Assembly: GCA_964644655.1 (NCBI GenBank)
Contig: CAZXYA010000002.1
Coordinates: 1 to 55,508 of the forward strand
Origin: an uncultured Saprospiraceae bacterium
Lineage (GTDB): Bacteria > Bacteroidota > Bacteroidia > Chitinophagales > Saprospiraceae
Length of the DNA: 55,508 bases
Direction of reading: 5' to 3'
Below are positions 28,840 to 39,125 of this stretch, piece by piece; position 1 is the first letter of the stretch, and every line of letters begins with the position of its first letter. The notes beneath the pieces were generated by a model, which was not told the origin of the DNA, did no database searches, and worked only from the letters and a program-made list of their open reading frames with translations. The translations under genes and the position numbers were made by a program.

Positions 28840-30734
28840 TGTGTGGAATTGCTGGAATTTTCAATCTAAGTGAACAACCTGTTTCTCTTAATCTAATTCA
28901 AGAAATAACTAGAGAATTAAGTCATAGAGGGCCAGATGATGAAGGTTTCTATACTGATAATTATCTAGCCCTTGGCCATCGAAGGTTATCTATACTTGAT
29001 ACTAGTTCTAGAGGTAGGCAGCCAATGATGTCAAAAGATGGTCAATGGATATTAGTCTTTAATGGTTGCATCTATAATTTTTTGGAACTAAAACTTGAAT
29101 TACAAGCCAAAGGGCATCAATTCGTTTCAGGTACAGATACAGAAGTAATCGTAGAAGGTTTATCAGCTTATGGTCCTTCCTTCTTTGAAAGATTAAATGG
29201 AATGTTTGCATGTGGAGCTTGGAATGTGGTGAAAAAAGAATTGGTTATTAGTAGAGACCGATATGGCGTTAAGCCTTTATATTATTGGTTTGAGAACAAA
29301 ACCTTAGTTTTTGCCTCAGAAATAAAATCAATCATCAAACATCCAAGGTATAATATAGGCGTTAACCTTGAAGCATTAAATGAGTACTTCTCCTTTCAAA
29401 ATTTATTCAAATACCACACCCTATTTAAGGGAGTACATATGCTTCCACCAGCTAATACTGTAATAATTAACAAAAATACTTCTGTACTCAAGCATCATTC
29501 TTGGTGGGATTATGATTTTAGCCAACCTGATGAAAAAATGTCATTTGAGGAAGCTAAGGAAGAAACTATTCGCCTTTTCAAGCAAGCCGTAACAAGACAA
29601 ATGATAGCAGATGTTCCTGTTGGATCTTATTTATCAGGTGGCATGGACTCTGGCTCTATAACCGCAGTAGCGTCTACTCATGTACCTAGATTATCTACTT
29701 TTACATGTGGTTTTGATATGTCTTCAGTTACTGGTATTGAAGCCAATTATGATGAAAGAAGAGATGCCGAACTAATGGCAAATCACTTCAAAACGGAACA
29801 TTTCGAACAAGTGATGAATGCAGGGGACATCAAATGGTCGCTTCCAAGAGTTGTTTGGCATTTAGAAGACCTCAGGGTTGGAATGAGTTATCCTAATTAT
29901 TATATTAGTAGGTTAGCTTCTAAATTTGTTAAAGTTTGTTTACAAGGAACTGGTGGAGACGAATTATTTGGTGGATATCCATGGAGATACTATAAAGTCT
30001 TTCATTCCTTAAATCAAAAAGAATTTTTTAATAATTATTACGGATTTTGGCAACGCCTAGTCCCGAATGAAGACAAAGCCTTACTGTTTCAAAAATCGGT
30101 ATTAAAAAATATTTCTATTGATAATCCAAGAAAAGTATTTGAAAGAGTATTTACTTTTAATAAAAAATTAAAGTATGATACACCAGAGGCACACATACAA
30201 AATAGCCTTTATTTCGAAATAAAAACTTTTCTACCTGGTTTATTATTGGTTGGTGATAAATTGGCGATGGCAAATGGTTTAGAGGAACGGTTTCCGTTTT
30301 TAGATGATGATTTAGTTAAGTTTGCGCAGAAAATACCTGTTCGACATAAGTTAGGGAATCTCAAAAATGAAATAAAGCAGTTGGATGAGAATACTCCAGG
30401 TAAAAAATTTAAAGCTTATAGAGAATTTAAAGATGGAAAAAGTGTATTAAGAAAAGCAATGACTTCTATAATTCCAGAGAAAATAATAAATCGGAAAAAA
30501 CAAGGGTTTTCTGCTCCAGATGAATCATGGTATAGAGGAGAAAACGCAGCGTATGTAAAACAATTATTACTTAACAAAAAAAATGTATCTTCTGAATTTA
30601 TTAATCCTGATTATGTAAGACAAACGGTGGACGAACATATTAATAAAAAAATTAACCATCGTTTAAGAATCTGGTCATTTATGAATTTTGAATGGTGGTG
30701 TCGGTTATTTTTAAATGGAGAAAAAATCAATTAA
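28839..30734 (+). CDS. Asparagine synthase (glutamine-hydrolysing)-type amidotransferase, copy 1
   Basis: 631 aa. N-terminal nucleophile MCGIAG. GHRRLSILD. PP-loop SGGMDSGS. The start overlaps the upstream stop (TAATG). Confidence 0.85.
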   Translation: MCGIAGIFNLSEQPVSLNLIQEITRELSHRGPDDEGFYTDNYLALGHRRLSILDTSSRGRQPMMSKDGQWILVFNGCIYNFLELKLELQAKGHQFVSGTDTEVIVEGLSAYGPSFFERLNGMFACGAWNVVKKELVISRDRYGVKPLYYWFENKTLVFASEIKSIIKHPRYNIGVNLEALNEYFSFQNLFKYHTLFKGVHMLPPANTVIINKNTSVLKHHSWWDYDFSQPDEKMSFEEAKEETIRLFKQAVTRQMIADVPVGSYLSGGMDSGSITAVASTHVPRLSTFTCGFDMSSVTGIEANYDERRDAELMANHFKTEHFEQVMNAGDIKWSLPRVVWHLEDLRVGMSYPNYYISRLASKFVKVCLQGTGGDELFGGYPWRYYKVFHSLNQKEFFNNYYGFWQRLVPNEDKALLFQKSVLKNISIDNPRKVFERVFTFNKKLKYDTPEAHIQNSLYFEIKTFLPGLLLVGDKLAMANGLEERFPFLDDDLVKFAQKIPVRHKLGNLKNEIKQLDENTPGKKFKAYREFKDGKSVLRKAMTSIIPEKIINRKKQGFSAPDESWYRGENAAYVKQLLLNKKNVSSEFINPDYVRQTVDEHINKKINHRLRIWSFMNFEWWCRLFLNGEKIN

Positions 30735-31826
30735 GTGAAAATTAAAGAACTTCCCTTTTTCTATAAAGCTCATACTAAGCCAGATAATGGAGGAGAATCA
30801 CATATCTTACCATTTAATCTTTATTATGATGATAAACTAAAAATGTTTCGTCAAAAGTCATATCCCAAATTAAATTCAACCCTTAAGAAAGTTTATGAAG
30901 AAGGTACCTTAGTAGATGGCTCTTTATCCAGTGAGTCAGGAAAAGTTTATCTTGAAAAAATACTAGATTTTGTTTTATCTACTATAGATGTTAAGGGAAA
31001 AAAAATTTTAGACGTTGGTTGTGGAGACGGAACAATGCTAATTGCATTAAATAAACAAGGTGCTAATACAATTGGTATAGAACCAGGTAGTCACAAAAAA
31101 AATAGTGATATCGGAAACATTCCAATTATTAGAGACTTCTTTCCTTCAAAGAAAATTAATAATAAGTTCGATCTTATTTTCAGTTATGGAGTTCTAGAGC
31201 ACATTGAAAATTTTGATAATTTTATAAGTGGCTTAAAAAAAACAATAAAACCTGATGGAAAAATAGTGATATGTGTACCTAATTGTGAAGTTTTTTTAGA
31301 GCATGGTGACGTATCAATATTTATTCATGAACATTTTAATTACTTTACAAGAGAGAGTCTTAAAAAAGTCATGCATGAAAATGATCTATATATTGAAAAA
31401 ATAGAAATCATTGAAGGTATGATATGTTCAGTCATTACACCAAGTTCTAAATTTCCAAACAAAATCAACTATACGTTTAACCTTCATGGATTTGATGATA
31501 GTATGGTTTATTATCATGATAAAATTCAAAATATTTTTAACTCCTACCAGACTAAGGATATAGCTATTTATGTTCCAGCTAGAGCTTTGAATATATTATT
31601 CCAATTAGGCTATAACAACCCAAGATTAATAGATGATAATACCCAAGTATACCAAAAATTCCTACCCTTTTTCTCCAATTCCATAGAAAACTTCAATGAT
31701 TTACTTAAGACTCCACCAGAATGTCTAATTATTTTTTCAAGAACTTTTGGAGATAGGATTAAGGAAAAATGTTTAAAATACGATCAGTTTTCTCAAACAA
31801 AAATTATTTCTTTAAATGAATTATAA
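30735..31826 (+). CDS. Class I SAM-dependent methyltransferase with C-terminal extension (sugar C-/N-methyltransferase-like)
   Basis: 363 aa. GTG start immediately after the upstream TAA. Motif I ILDVGCGDGTML. Post-I/II block LIFSYGVLEHIEN. Confidence 0.65.
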   Translation: MKIKELPFFYKAHTKPDNGGESHILPFNLYYDDKLKMFRQKSYPKLNSTLKKVYEEGTLVDGSLSSESGKVYLEKILDFVLSTIDVKGKKILDVGCGDGTMLIALNKQGANTIGIEPGSHKKNSDIGNIPIIRDFFPSKKINNKFDLIFSYGVLEHIENFDNFISGLKKTIKPDGKIVICVPNCEVFLEHGDVSIFIHEHFNYFTRESLKKVMHENDLYIEKIEIIEGMICSVITPSSKFPNKINYTFNLHGFDDSMVYYHDKIQNIFNSYQTKDIAIYVPARALNILFQLGYNNPRLIDDNTQVYQKFLPFFSNSIENFNDLLKTPPECLIIFSRTFGDRIKEKCLKYDQFSQTKIISLNEL

Positions 31827-32687
31827 ACCATCCATTTTAGTAACTGGAGCATCAGGTTTAGTCGGAGGTAGTTTGAGTAATTTTCTAAAAAAAAAAATTT
31901 AAATTTTTATTCTACGTATTATTCCTCCAAAACAAATAATAATAGTTCAATCAAAATAGATCTCGAAAAAGAAGAATTGCCCTTAAAAGGAATTGATATA
32001 ATAATTCATTGCGCAGCAGTAATGCCTAGAAAAACCAATAATTATTTAGAAATAGCTGAAAAAAACAAAAAAATTGATAGAAATATAATAAAGTTTGCCA
32101 AAAAAAATAACTCTAAATTAATTTATATCTCTGGTACTTCATTATATGGGGATAAAATAAAGAAGGAAGTAAAAGAAAATCAAGTTTTAGATATTGGTAG
32201 TAACCAATATTTCGCACAGAAAAAATATTCTGAAAATTTGTTTTTAAAGGAATTAGAGACATCTACTATTTTAAGGATATCTGCCCCCTATCATCCTAGT
32301 ATGAAAGCAAATACTGTTTTAAAAATATTTATTACAAGAGCTTTTAAAAATCAAGATTTGTACTATTATGGAAAAGGAAATCGAGTACAAGATTTTACTC
32401 ATACCCATGATATCGCAAATGCAATACTAAAAAATATAAAGAATACTAAAATTAAGGGTATTTATAATATTGCCTCTGGTACACCTATCAGTATGAAAAA
32501 TTTAGCCCATCTGATTGTAAAAAAAATGCCAAATTGTACTAGTAAAATACTGCCTATAGGAAAACCTGATCCACAAGAAGATTACAGGGCTTTTTTTAAT
32601 ATTTCTAAGGCCAAAAAAAACTTAAATTGGATTCCAAAAATAACTATAGAGAATGGAGTTATTAATTGGATAAAAAACTTAAATTGA
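31816..32687 (+). pseudogene. NAD-dependent epimerase/dehydratase (SDR), frameshifted at an A11 homopolymer
   Basis: ATG 31816 gives MNYKPSILVTGASGLVGGSLSNFLKKKI-stop (Rossmann TGxxGxxG). The A11 tract is at 31887-31897. The frame of track ORF 31977..32687 is open back through the tract (KKKNLNFYSTYYSSKTNNNSSIKIDLEKEELPLKGIDIIIHCAA). A12 would fuse the two parts. Confidence 0.8.
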
Positions 32688-33376
32688 AGAAAATTGGAGT
32701 TATATCAGATATACATGGGAATATAAATGCATTAGAGAACTGCTATAAGGAGTTAAAGAATGAATATGTAAATGAGATTTATTTTCTTGGAGACGCAATA
32801 GGCTATTTACCAGAAGGTTATGAATGCTTCCAATTCTTACAAAAAAATAAAATAAAATGCATAAAAGGGAATCATGAAGAAATGTTCTTAGGAAATTTAT
32901 CTATAAAACCATCCAGTAGAGAAATCTATAAATTATACAAATTACAGGAAAAATTTTCACCACTTGATAAAGAAATTTTAGAAACCTGGGGTAATAAAAT
33001 ATCTTTTAATTATCAAAATTTAAAATATGCCTTAGTACATGGAAGTCCCAATGATCTAACCAATGGATATATATACCCTGATACTAATTTATCCAAATTT
33101 GAAAACAGTGAATATGATTTTATTTTTTGTGGACACACACATCGTCCGTTTATTAAATCTCATAAAGGTAAACTTTTTATCAATGTTGGTTCTGTCGGTC
33201 TACCAAGAGACGTCGGAAATTTATCTAGTTTTGTAATAGCTGATTTAACTTCAAATAAAATAGAAATTAGAAGATTAGAAATCAAAAAACATATTATTAA
33301 AAGTTATAAAGAAGACATTAACGTACACATTTCCGTCAAAAATCTTTTTGACAGAAAAAATGATAAGAAAAAATAA
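32666..33376 (+). CDS. Metallophosphoesterase (calcineurin-like, YfcE/MJ0936-type)
   Basis: 236 aa. Has the motifs DIHGN, GDAIGY, GNHE and GHTH, followed by GSVG. Confidence 0.75.
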   Translation: MDKKLKLKKIGVISDIHGNINALENCYKELKNEYVNEIYFLGDAIGYLPEGYECFQFLQKNKIKCIKGNHEEMFLGNLSIKPSSREIYKLYKLQEKFSPLDKEILETWGNKISFNYQNLKYALVHGSPNDLTNGYIYPDTNLSKFENSEYDFIFCGHTHRPFIKSHKGKLFINVGSVGLPRDVGNLSSFVIADLTSNKIEIRRLEIKKHIIKSYKEDINVHISVKNLFDRKNDKKK

Positions 33377-33388
33377 AACAAGCAAAAT

Positions 33389-34432
33389 ATGAATATATTA
33401 ATTACAGGAGTAGGCGGTGGCGGACATGGAGCTCAAATTTTAAAAGCTTTACGTTTATCAAAAAACAAGTACAGAATAATAGGTACAGACATGACAAAAA
33501 TAAGTAAGGGTCTATCAGTAGTAGACAAATCTTATATTGTTCCCCCTGCCAAATCTCCAGATTATTTAGACACAATTCTTTCGATTTGTAAGGATAATGA
33601 TGTTAAAGCCCTATTTCACGGTTCAGAACCTGAATTAAAAGTGATGAGTGATAATAGGCAAAGAATAGTCCAAGAAGGCATTTTTTTACCCATTAATTCT
33701 AAAAAGGTAATAGATACTTGCATGGACAAATTTAAAACCATTGAATTTTTAATCGAGAATGGGTTTTCTTTCCCAAAAACAAAGAAAATAACGAATTTAA
33801 AAGACTTAGCCGAAATTGATTTTTTTCCAATAGTATTAAAACCCTCCATTGGAGGTGGTGGTTCTGCCAATATAATGATAGTCCAAAATAAAGAGGAATT
33901 ATTAGCTTTCTGTCAATATTTATTAACTATCTATCCAGAATTTATTGCTCAGGAATACATTGGTACACCGGATAGTGAATATACCGCATGCGTACTAAAT
34001 TCTTTAGAAGGAGAATATATAAATAGTATTGCAGTCAAAAGAATGATAATGAGTAGCCTAGGGAATAAGATAAAAATAAAAAACCGAACTACTAGAAAGG
34101 ATTTAGGAAATATTTTGGCCATTAGTAGTGGAATATCTCAAGGGCAAATAGGTCGATTCTCTGAAGTAACTGAACAATGCAAAGCCATAGCATTAGCTCT
34201 AGAATCAAAAGGGCCAATTAATATTCAATTGAGATTTGTTAATAATAAGGTATACGTATTCGAAATTAATCCTCGTTATTCAGGTACTACTTCTTTACGT
34301 GCAATGGTTGGATTTAATGAGCCTGACATCATGATCCGTAAACATTTATTTCAGGAAAAAATTAGTCCTGATTTTAATTATAAAGAAGGTTATATTCTTC
34401 GAGGATTAGAGGAACAATTCATAGACAGTTAA
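33389..34432 (+). CDS. ATP-grasp domain ligase (carbamoyl-phosphate-synthase L-chain-like)
   Basis: 347 aa. N-terminal ILITGVGGGG. P-loop-like VLKPSIGGGGS. C-terminal VFEINPRYSGTT is typical of an ATP-grasp catalytic loop. Confidence 0.7.
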   Translation: MNILITGVGGGGHGAQILKALRLSKNKYRIIGTDMTKISKGLSVVDKSYIVPPAKSPDYLDTILSICKDNDVKALFHGSEPELKVMSDNRQRIVQEGIFLPINSKKVIDTCMDKFKTIEFLIENGFSFPKTKKITNLKDLAEIDFFPIVLKPSIGGGGSANIMIVQNKEELLAFCQYLLTIYPEFIAQEYIGTPDSEYTACVLNSLEGEYINSIAVKRMIMSSLGNKIKIKNRTTRKDLGNILAISSGISQGQIGRFSEVTEQCKAIALALESKGPINIQLRFVNNKVYVFEINPRYSGTTSLRAMVGFNEPDIMIRKHLFQEKISPDFNYKEGYILRGLEEQFIDS

Positions 34433-34434
34433 CA

Positions 34435-35163
34435 ATGACAGAAAACCAATTTGGATTAATAAGTGAAATAGATTTTTATAATCCTTCGTCTTGGCAAAAG
34501 AAATATTTTATTACATTGGATATAGACTGGGCAGTTGATGAAGTCATTCGTTTTACTGCTAATTTATTGAATAATAATAATATAAAAGCAACATGGTTTG
34601 CAACACATGAAACCCCTATATTAAATGAACTTAGGAACAATCCACTTTTTGAATTAGGTATACATCCCAATTTCAATAAGATACTCAATGGCAATTTTGA
34701 AAATGGCAAAAATATAAATGAAATTTTTGAATTAATGTTGAAGATAGTTCCAGAAGCAAAATCATTTAGAAGTCATTCTCTAACTCAAAATACACCAATA
34801 ATTAATACCGCTGCCAATAATGGGATTCAATACGATTTAAATACATTTATACCCATAACTAGTGGAATTAGAGTAGAACCTTTCAAACATACTTCTGCGA
34901 TTTTCCAATTACCCCATATCTGGGAAGATGATGTCCACTATATTAATAGCTGGAATTATCAAAATATTTTAAATACAATTAAAAACTATGAAGGGCTAAA
35001 GATTTTGGATTTTCACCCCATTCATATTTTTTTGAATACAGAAAAAGAAGAGCGATATTTAAATTCTAGGAGTCTTCACAAAATACCTCAAGAACTAATA
35101 AAACACCAAAACCATAACTTTGGAACCACTTCATTTCTGTTAAAATTATTAGAGAATCATTAG
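34435..35163 (+). CDS. Hypothetical protein; weak resemblance to divergent polysaccharide deacetylase-fold (WbmS-type) proteins
   Basis: 242 aa. ITLDIDWAVDE...KATWFATHETP...LGIHPNF is reminiscent of deacetylase-type D/H metal motifs. The assignment rests on memory only. Confidence 0.3.
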   Translation: MTENQFGLISEIDFYNPSSWQKKYFITLDIDWAVDEVIRFTANLLNNNNIKATWFATHETPILNELRNNPLFELGIHPNFNKILNGNFENGKNINEIFELMLKIVPEAKSFRSHSLTQNTPIINTAANNGIQYDLNTFIPITSGIRVEPFKHTSAIFQLPHIWEDDVHYINSWNYQNILNTIKNYEGLKILDFHPIHIFLNTEKEERYLNSRSLHKIPQELIKHQNHNFGTTSFLLKLLENH

Positions 35164-35539
35164 GATTGTTACCTTTTGAAAATAGTGACATAAAATTTTT
35201 AAAAGGGTACAGAGCTCGATTTTAGCCATTAAAAACTGTATTTATCAGTAAGGCTAAGCATTTAATTATAATCTGATTATTTTTTACTCACACTCAAGGC
35301 TTTTCAAGGAGTGTAAACAAAGTAATTGATAATTAATCCTCAATTTTCTTTTAGAGAGAGTTAGCCCCTAAGAAATGGCTAATGTCGCGCATGGTACTCT
35401 ATACTATAAAGTTATCCAAATTTTATCTCGACGGCTTCGTCACTTCGACTTGAGGAGGTTAAAAAGGGGAATAATGGGTAAAATCTGAAATTAACAGAAG
35501 TATTTCTGCAAGGATAACAAGATTTATACAAAAATATTT

Positions 35540-36478
35540 ATGAAAATTGCAATAATAGGGCGAACAAAGTTGCTATATATGTCTGCCAGATATCTCATTA
35601 AATCAGGTCATGAAATTAAAATTATTATTACATCAAAAGCAGCAGCAGAATACGAAATTACAGAAAAAGACTTTGAAATTCTAGCCAAGGAAATAGGTGC
35701 TAAATTCATTTACACACCCAAAATCAACCAAGAAAATATTGTCAATCAAATAAAAGCATTAGGAACAATTGATTTAGGTATAAGTATTAATTATACAGGA
35801 ATCATTAGTCGAAAAGTAATAAATTTATTTCCACATGGCATCCTAAATGCTCATGGTGGGGATTTACCTAGATATAGAGGGAACGCTTGCCAAGCATGGG
35901 CGATCCTTAATAAAGAAAAAAGAATTGGTCTATGTATCCATAAAATGGTAGGAGGAGAATTAGATTCTGGTAATATATTAGCAAGAGAATTTTTCAACAT
36001 CAATTTGAATACAAGAATTGGTGAAATCCATAAATGGATGATTAGTAGAGTGCCCGAACTTATGTTAAAAGCAACAAATCTTCTTTCAGAGTCGCCTAAT
36101 TTTTACTTAGAAAAGCAATCAAAAGACCCTAAAGATGCTTTGAGATGTTATCCTAGAAAACCTGAGGATGGTAAGATTTTTTGGAGCAATAAAGGCGAAG
36201 ATATTATAAGATTAATCAATGCTTCTTCTGAGCCATATGCGGGAGCTTTTTGTGATTACAAAGGGGAAAGAATGATTATTTGGAGGGCAGAAATTTATGA
36301 GGATGATGAAAATTTTCTTGCAGTTCCTGGACAGGTTTGTTCGATTGACAGAGAAAATGATTTTTCAATATTAGTAGCAACGGGTGAAAGAAAAATTAAA
36401 ATTAAGGAAATTACTTTCGGTGGCACTAGAATGCCACCTGGTAAATTAATCAAATCTATTAGGTCAAGATTATTTTAA
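35540..36478 (+). CDS. Formyltransferase (Fmt/ArnA-N-like; sugar N-formyl/acyl transferase by context)
   Basis: 312 aa. ILNAHGGDLPRYRGNACQAWAI plus ELDSGNIL reproduce the N..H..LP.YRG and Asp catalytic pattern. A C-terminal Formyl_trans_C-like beta domain is present. Confidence 0.75.
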   Translation: MKIAIIGRTKLLYMSARYLIKSGHEIKIIITSKAAAEYEITEKDFEILAKEIGAKFIYTPKINQENIVNQIKALGTIDLGISINYTGIISRKVINLFPHGILNAHGGDLPRYRGNACQAWAILNKEKRIGLCIHKMVGGELDSGNILAREFFNINLNTRIGEIHKWMISRVPELMLKATNLLSESPNFYLEKQSKDPKDALRCYPRKPEDGKIFWSNKGEDIIRLINASSEPYAGAFCDYKGERMIIWRAEIYEDDENFLAVPGQVCSIDRENDFSILVATGERKIKIKEITFGGTRMPPGKLIKSIRSRLF

Positions 36479-36597
36479 AATTAATTTTAAAATATCATTC
36501 AAATTCTTATTGCATTAATTCAATTTATGCTCAAGAAACCAAACCCTATGTTTCGAAATTTCTCTTGCTACGCAAAATTGTACACTAACTTAATAAA

Positions 36598-37932
36598 ATG
36601 AAGTTAATTACAAAATTAATAATATTTTTCTTTCATGTAATATTATCGATTACATGTTTGTTTGTGTTTCTATATATTTTCATATTTCGAATAAAGACAA
36701 CAGAGCCAAGATTATTATTTGGATTAGAGCCTCTAATCAATAATAAATATTGGGCAAATGCTATGAAAGAGCTTTTTCCTTATAGCAAGAGTTTCATGAG
36801 AACTTTTTATCCAGAGATTAATAATCATAAAGATTTTGATGCTTATCAAAGTAATTTAAAAATATTTAAACTTTTTCCTGCCGCTATAAAAGAAAAAATA
36901 AATAATCAACTTGGTGGCTATTTTTCTTTTATTTATATAATAAACAAATTTGATATAATTCATTGTTCTTTTCTTGGAGGTCCCTTGGGGAATACCTATC
37001 TAAAAAAAGTAGAAGGCTACTTATACAGAAAATTAAATATTAAAGTTATTGTCATAGGATTTGGGGGGGATTTTTATAGGTACTCTAAAGTAATCAATCC
37101 TTTTTGGAGGCATGGTCTAATAATTAACTACCCAGAAACATCAAAACGAGAAAAAGAGATTGGTAATAGAATTCATTATTGGGTTAATAACGCAGATTGT
37201 ATTATTAATGCTTTCCAAATTGATGGACTGCCAAAATATGATTTACTTCCAGTAAATGCCCTTGTAATTGATACAGAATCTTGGCATCCCAAGCCGAATA
37301 AAAATTCAATGTTTAATGAAAAGGTTAGAATTTTACATACCCCTAATCATCGAGGGGTAAAAGGAACAGAATTTTTAATTCAAGCAGTAGAAAATTTAAT
37401 TGAGAAAGGGTATAAAATAGAATTAAAATTACTAGAAGGTGTTAAAAACCAAGAAGTATTGAGGATAATGCAGGAAGAAACAGATATTTTGGTCGCCCAA
37501 TTAAACTTAGATGCGTATGCAATGAGTGCAATTGAAGGAATGGCCTGTGGTCTTCCTGTAATTTGTAATCTAGAAGAAGGATATTATTCAAAACTTTTAA
37601 GGCGTTTTTCTTATTTAGATGAATGCCCTATTTTGTCTGCAACTCCAGAAAATATAGAAGAACAATTAAAACTCTTAATTGAAAATCCAGGATTAAGAAC
37701 CATCTTAGGCAAAGCAAGCAGAGCATATGTACAAAAATATCATTCTTTTAAAACAGCCCAGTATATGTTTTCAAAAGTATACGATAAAATATGGTATGGA
37801 AAAGAAGTAGATCTAATAAATATGTATCATCCAATTTTAAAAAGTTCTTATAATAATACCCTGCCAAAAATCAATCATCCTTTAGTTAAAAATAAACTTC
37901 CGAAATCTTTTTATACGGAACAATTGACTTAG
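36598..37932 (+). CDS. GT-B fold glycosyltransferase (GT4-like C-domain) with N-terminal TM anchor; paralog A
   Basis: 444 aa. ILHTPNHRGVKGTEFL...ILVAQLNLDAYAMSAIEGMACGLPVIC resembles a GT1/GT4 C-terminal domain. The N-domain block LEPLINNKYW is shared with paralog B. Confidence 0.6.
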   Translation: MKLITKLIIFFFHVILSITCLFVFLYIFIFRIKTTEPRLLFGLEPLINNKYWANAMKELFPYSKSFMRTFYPEINNHKDFDAYQSNLKIFKLFPAAIKEKINNQLGGYFSFIYIINKFDIIHCSFLGGPLGNTYLKKVEGYLYRKLNIKVIVIGFGGDFYRYSKVINPFWRHGLIINYPETSKREKEIGNRIHYWVNNADCIINAFQIDGLPKYDLLPVNALVIDTESWHPKPNKNSMFNEKVRILHTPNHRGVKGTEFLIQAVENLIEKGYKIELKLLEGVKNQEVLRIMQEETDILVAQLNLDAYAMSAIEGMACGLPVICNLEEGYYSKLLRRFSYLDECPILSATPENIEEQLKLLIENPGLRTILGKASRAYVQKYHSFKTAQYMFSKVYDKIWYGKEVDLINMYHPILKSSYNNTLPKINHPLVKNKLPKSFYTEQLT

Positions 37933-37940
37933 CAAAATAA

Positions 37941-39125
37941 ATGAGTATTACACGATTAATTAAACGTTTAATAGAAATCCCATTTGTCTTTTTTTTTATT
38001 CCTACCTATGTTGTTTGTGCTTTATATTCTAGGTTTTTTAGTAATAGAAAGAAAATTGACGTAGGATTAGGTCCAGAACCTCTTATTAATAATATATATC
38101 ATAAAAAAGCACTCAATTTATACGGCTATTCCGCCGAAACCTTCGTTTATAATACTTATCATATTACAAACGAATTCGATTTTCTAGGACATAAATTAAT
38201 AAAGGGGAGACTTTGGAGAGAACTATTTTTGTATTATTTTTTATTCTTTAGATCAATACTCAAATATAGAGGCATATATTTATATTATAATGGCGGTTCC
38301 CTACACCAGACTATTTGGTGGAAAATGGAACCATTATTGTATAAATTAGCCTCTCTCAAGATTGTAGTCATGCCTTACGGAAGTGATATACAGGATATGG
38401 GGAGAAGTAATAATTTATTATTTAAACACAATCTTTCTATTGATTATCCTACGACAAAGCTAACTCGAAAAACAGTCCAAAAAAGAATTGATTTGTGGAC
38501 TACTCATGCCGATTCCGTTATTTCTGGATGTGAATGGGTAGACTATATGTATTATTGGGATGTATTAATGGTCGCTCATTTTTCAATAGATTTAGAAAAA
38601 TGGAAGCCGTCCAACAATATCACGCAAGGAGATACTTTCAAAATTCTACATGCTCCTAATCACACAAATATTAAAGGAACAAGGCATTTTCAAAAGGCCA
38701 TCAAGGAATTAATAGTAGAAGGATTAAATATTGAACTAATACTATTACAAAAAGTGCCTAATGAAAAAGTAAAATTTGTCATGGAGGAGGTAGATGTAGT
38801 CGCAGACCAATTAATCATAGGGTGGTATGCTATGTTTGCAATAGAAGCTATGGCCTTAAAAAAACCAGTAATTTGTTACCTTAGAAGAGATTTTGAAGAA
38901 CTTTTTATAGAAAGTGGTTTGATAAAAGAAGGAGAAATCCCTATAATAAACACAAATTTTACAAATATAAAACAAACCATTAAGGAACTTTATTCCAATA
39001 GGCAACAATTAGCTAAAATTGGACAAAATGGAAGAGAGTATGTATCAAAGCATCATTCCTTGAAAGCTGTAGGAAATATTTTCAACCAAATTAATCAAAA
39101 AATAGGATTAAATAAGATAATATGA
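37941..39125 (+). CDS. GT-B fold glycosyltransferase; paralog B
   Basis: 394 aa. GPEPLINNIYHKKA, ILHAPNHTNIKGTRHF, VVADQLIIGWYAMFAIEAMALKKPVICYL. Confidence 0.6.
   Translation: MSITRLIKRLIEIPFVFFFIPTYVVCALYSRFFSNRKKIDVGLGPEPLINNIYHKKALNLYGYSAETFVYNTYHITNEFDFLGHKLIKGRLWRELFLYYFLFFRSILKYRGIYLYYNGGSLHQTIWWKMEPLLYKLASLKIVVMPYGSDIQDMGRSNNLLFKHNLSIDYPTTKLTRKTVQKRIDLWTTHADSVISGCEWVDYMYYWDVLMVAHFSIDLEKWKPSNNITQGDTFKILHAPNHTNIKGTRHFQKAIKELIVEGLNIELILLQKVPNEKVKFVMEEVDVVADQLIIGWYAMFAIEAMALKKPVICYLRRDFEELFIESGLIKEGEIPIINTNFTNIKQTIKELYSNRQQLAKIGQNGREYVSKHHSLKAVGNIFNQINQKIGLNKII

Noticed and set aside
32666-34432. Metallophosphoesterase plus ATP-grasp pair, considered as a phage-defence or toxin system
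   Set aside because: Both genes are embedded in, and translationally contiguous with, sugar-modifying genes on the same strand. No nuclease, helicase, Sir2/TIR, reverse transcriptase or other defence hallmark is present.
35224-35382. 9-bp inverted match TTAGCCATT / AATGGCTAA about 140 bp apart, in the spacer before the formyltransferase gene
   Set aside because: It is too short to distinguish from chance in AT-rich DNA, and the match does not extend.
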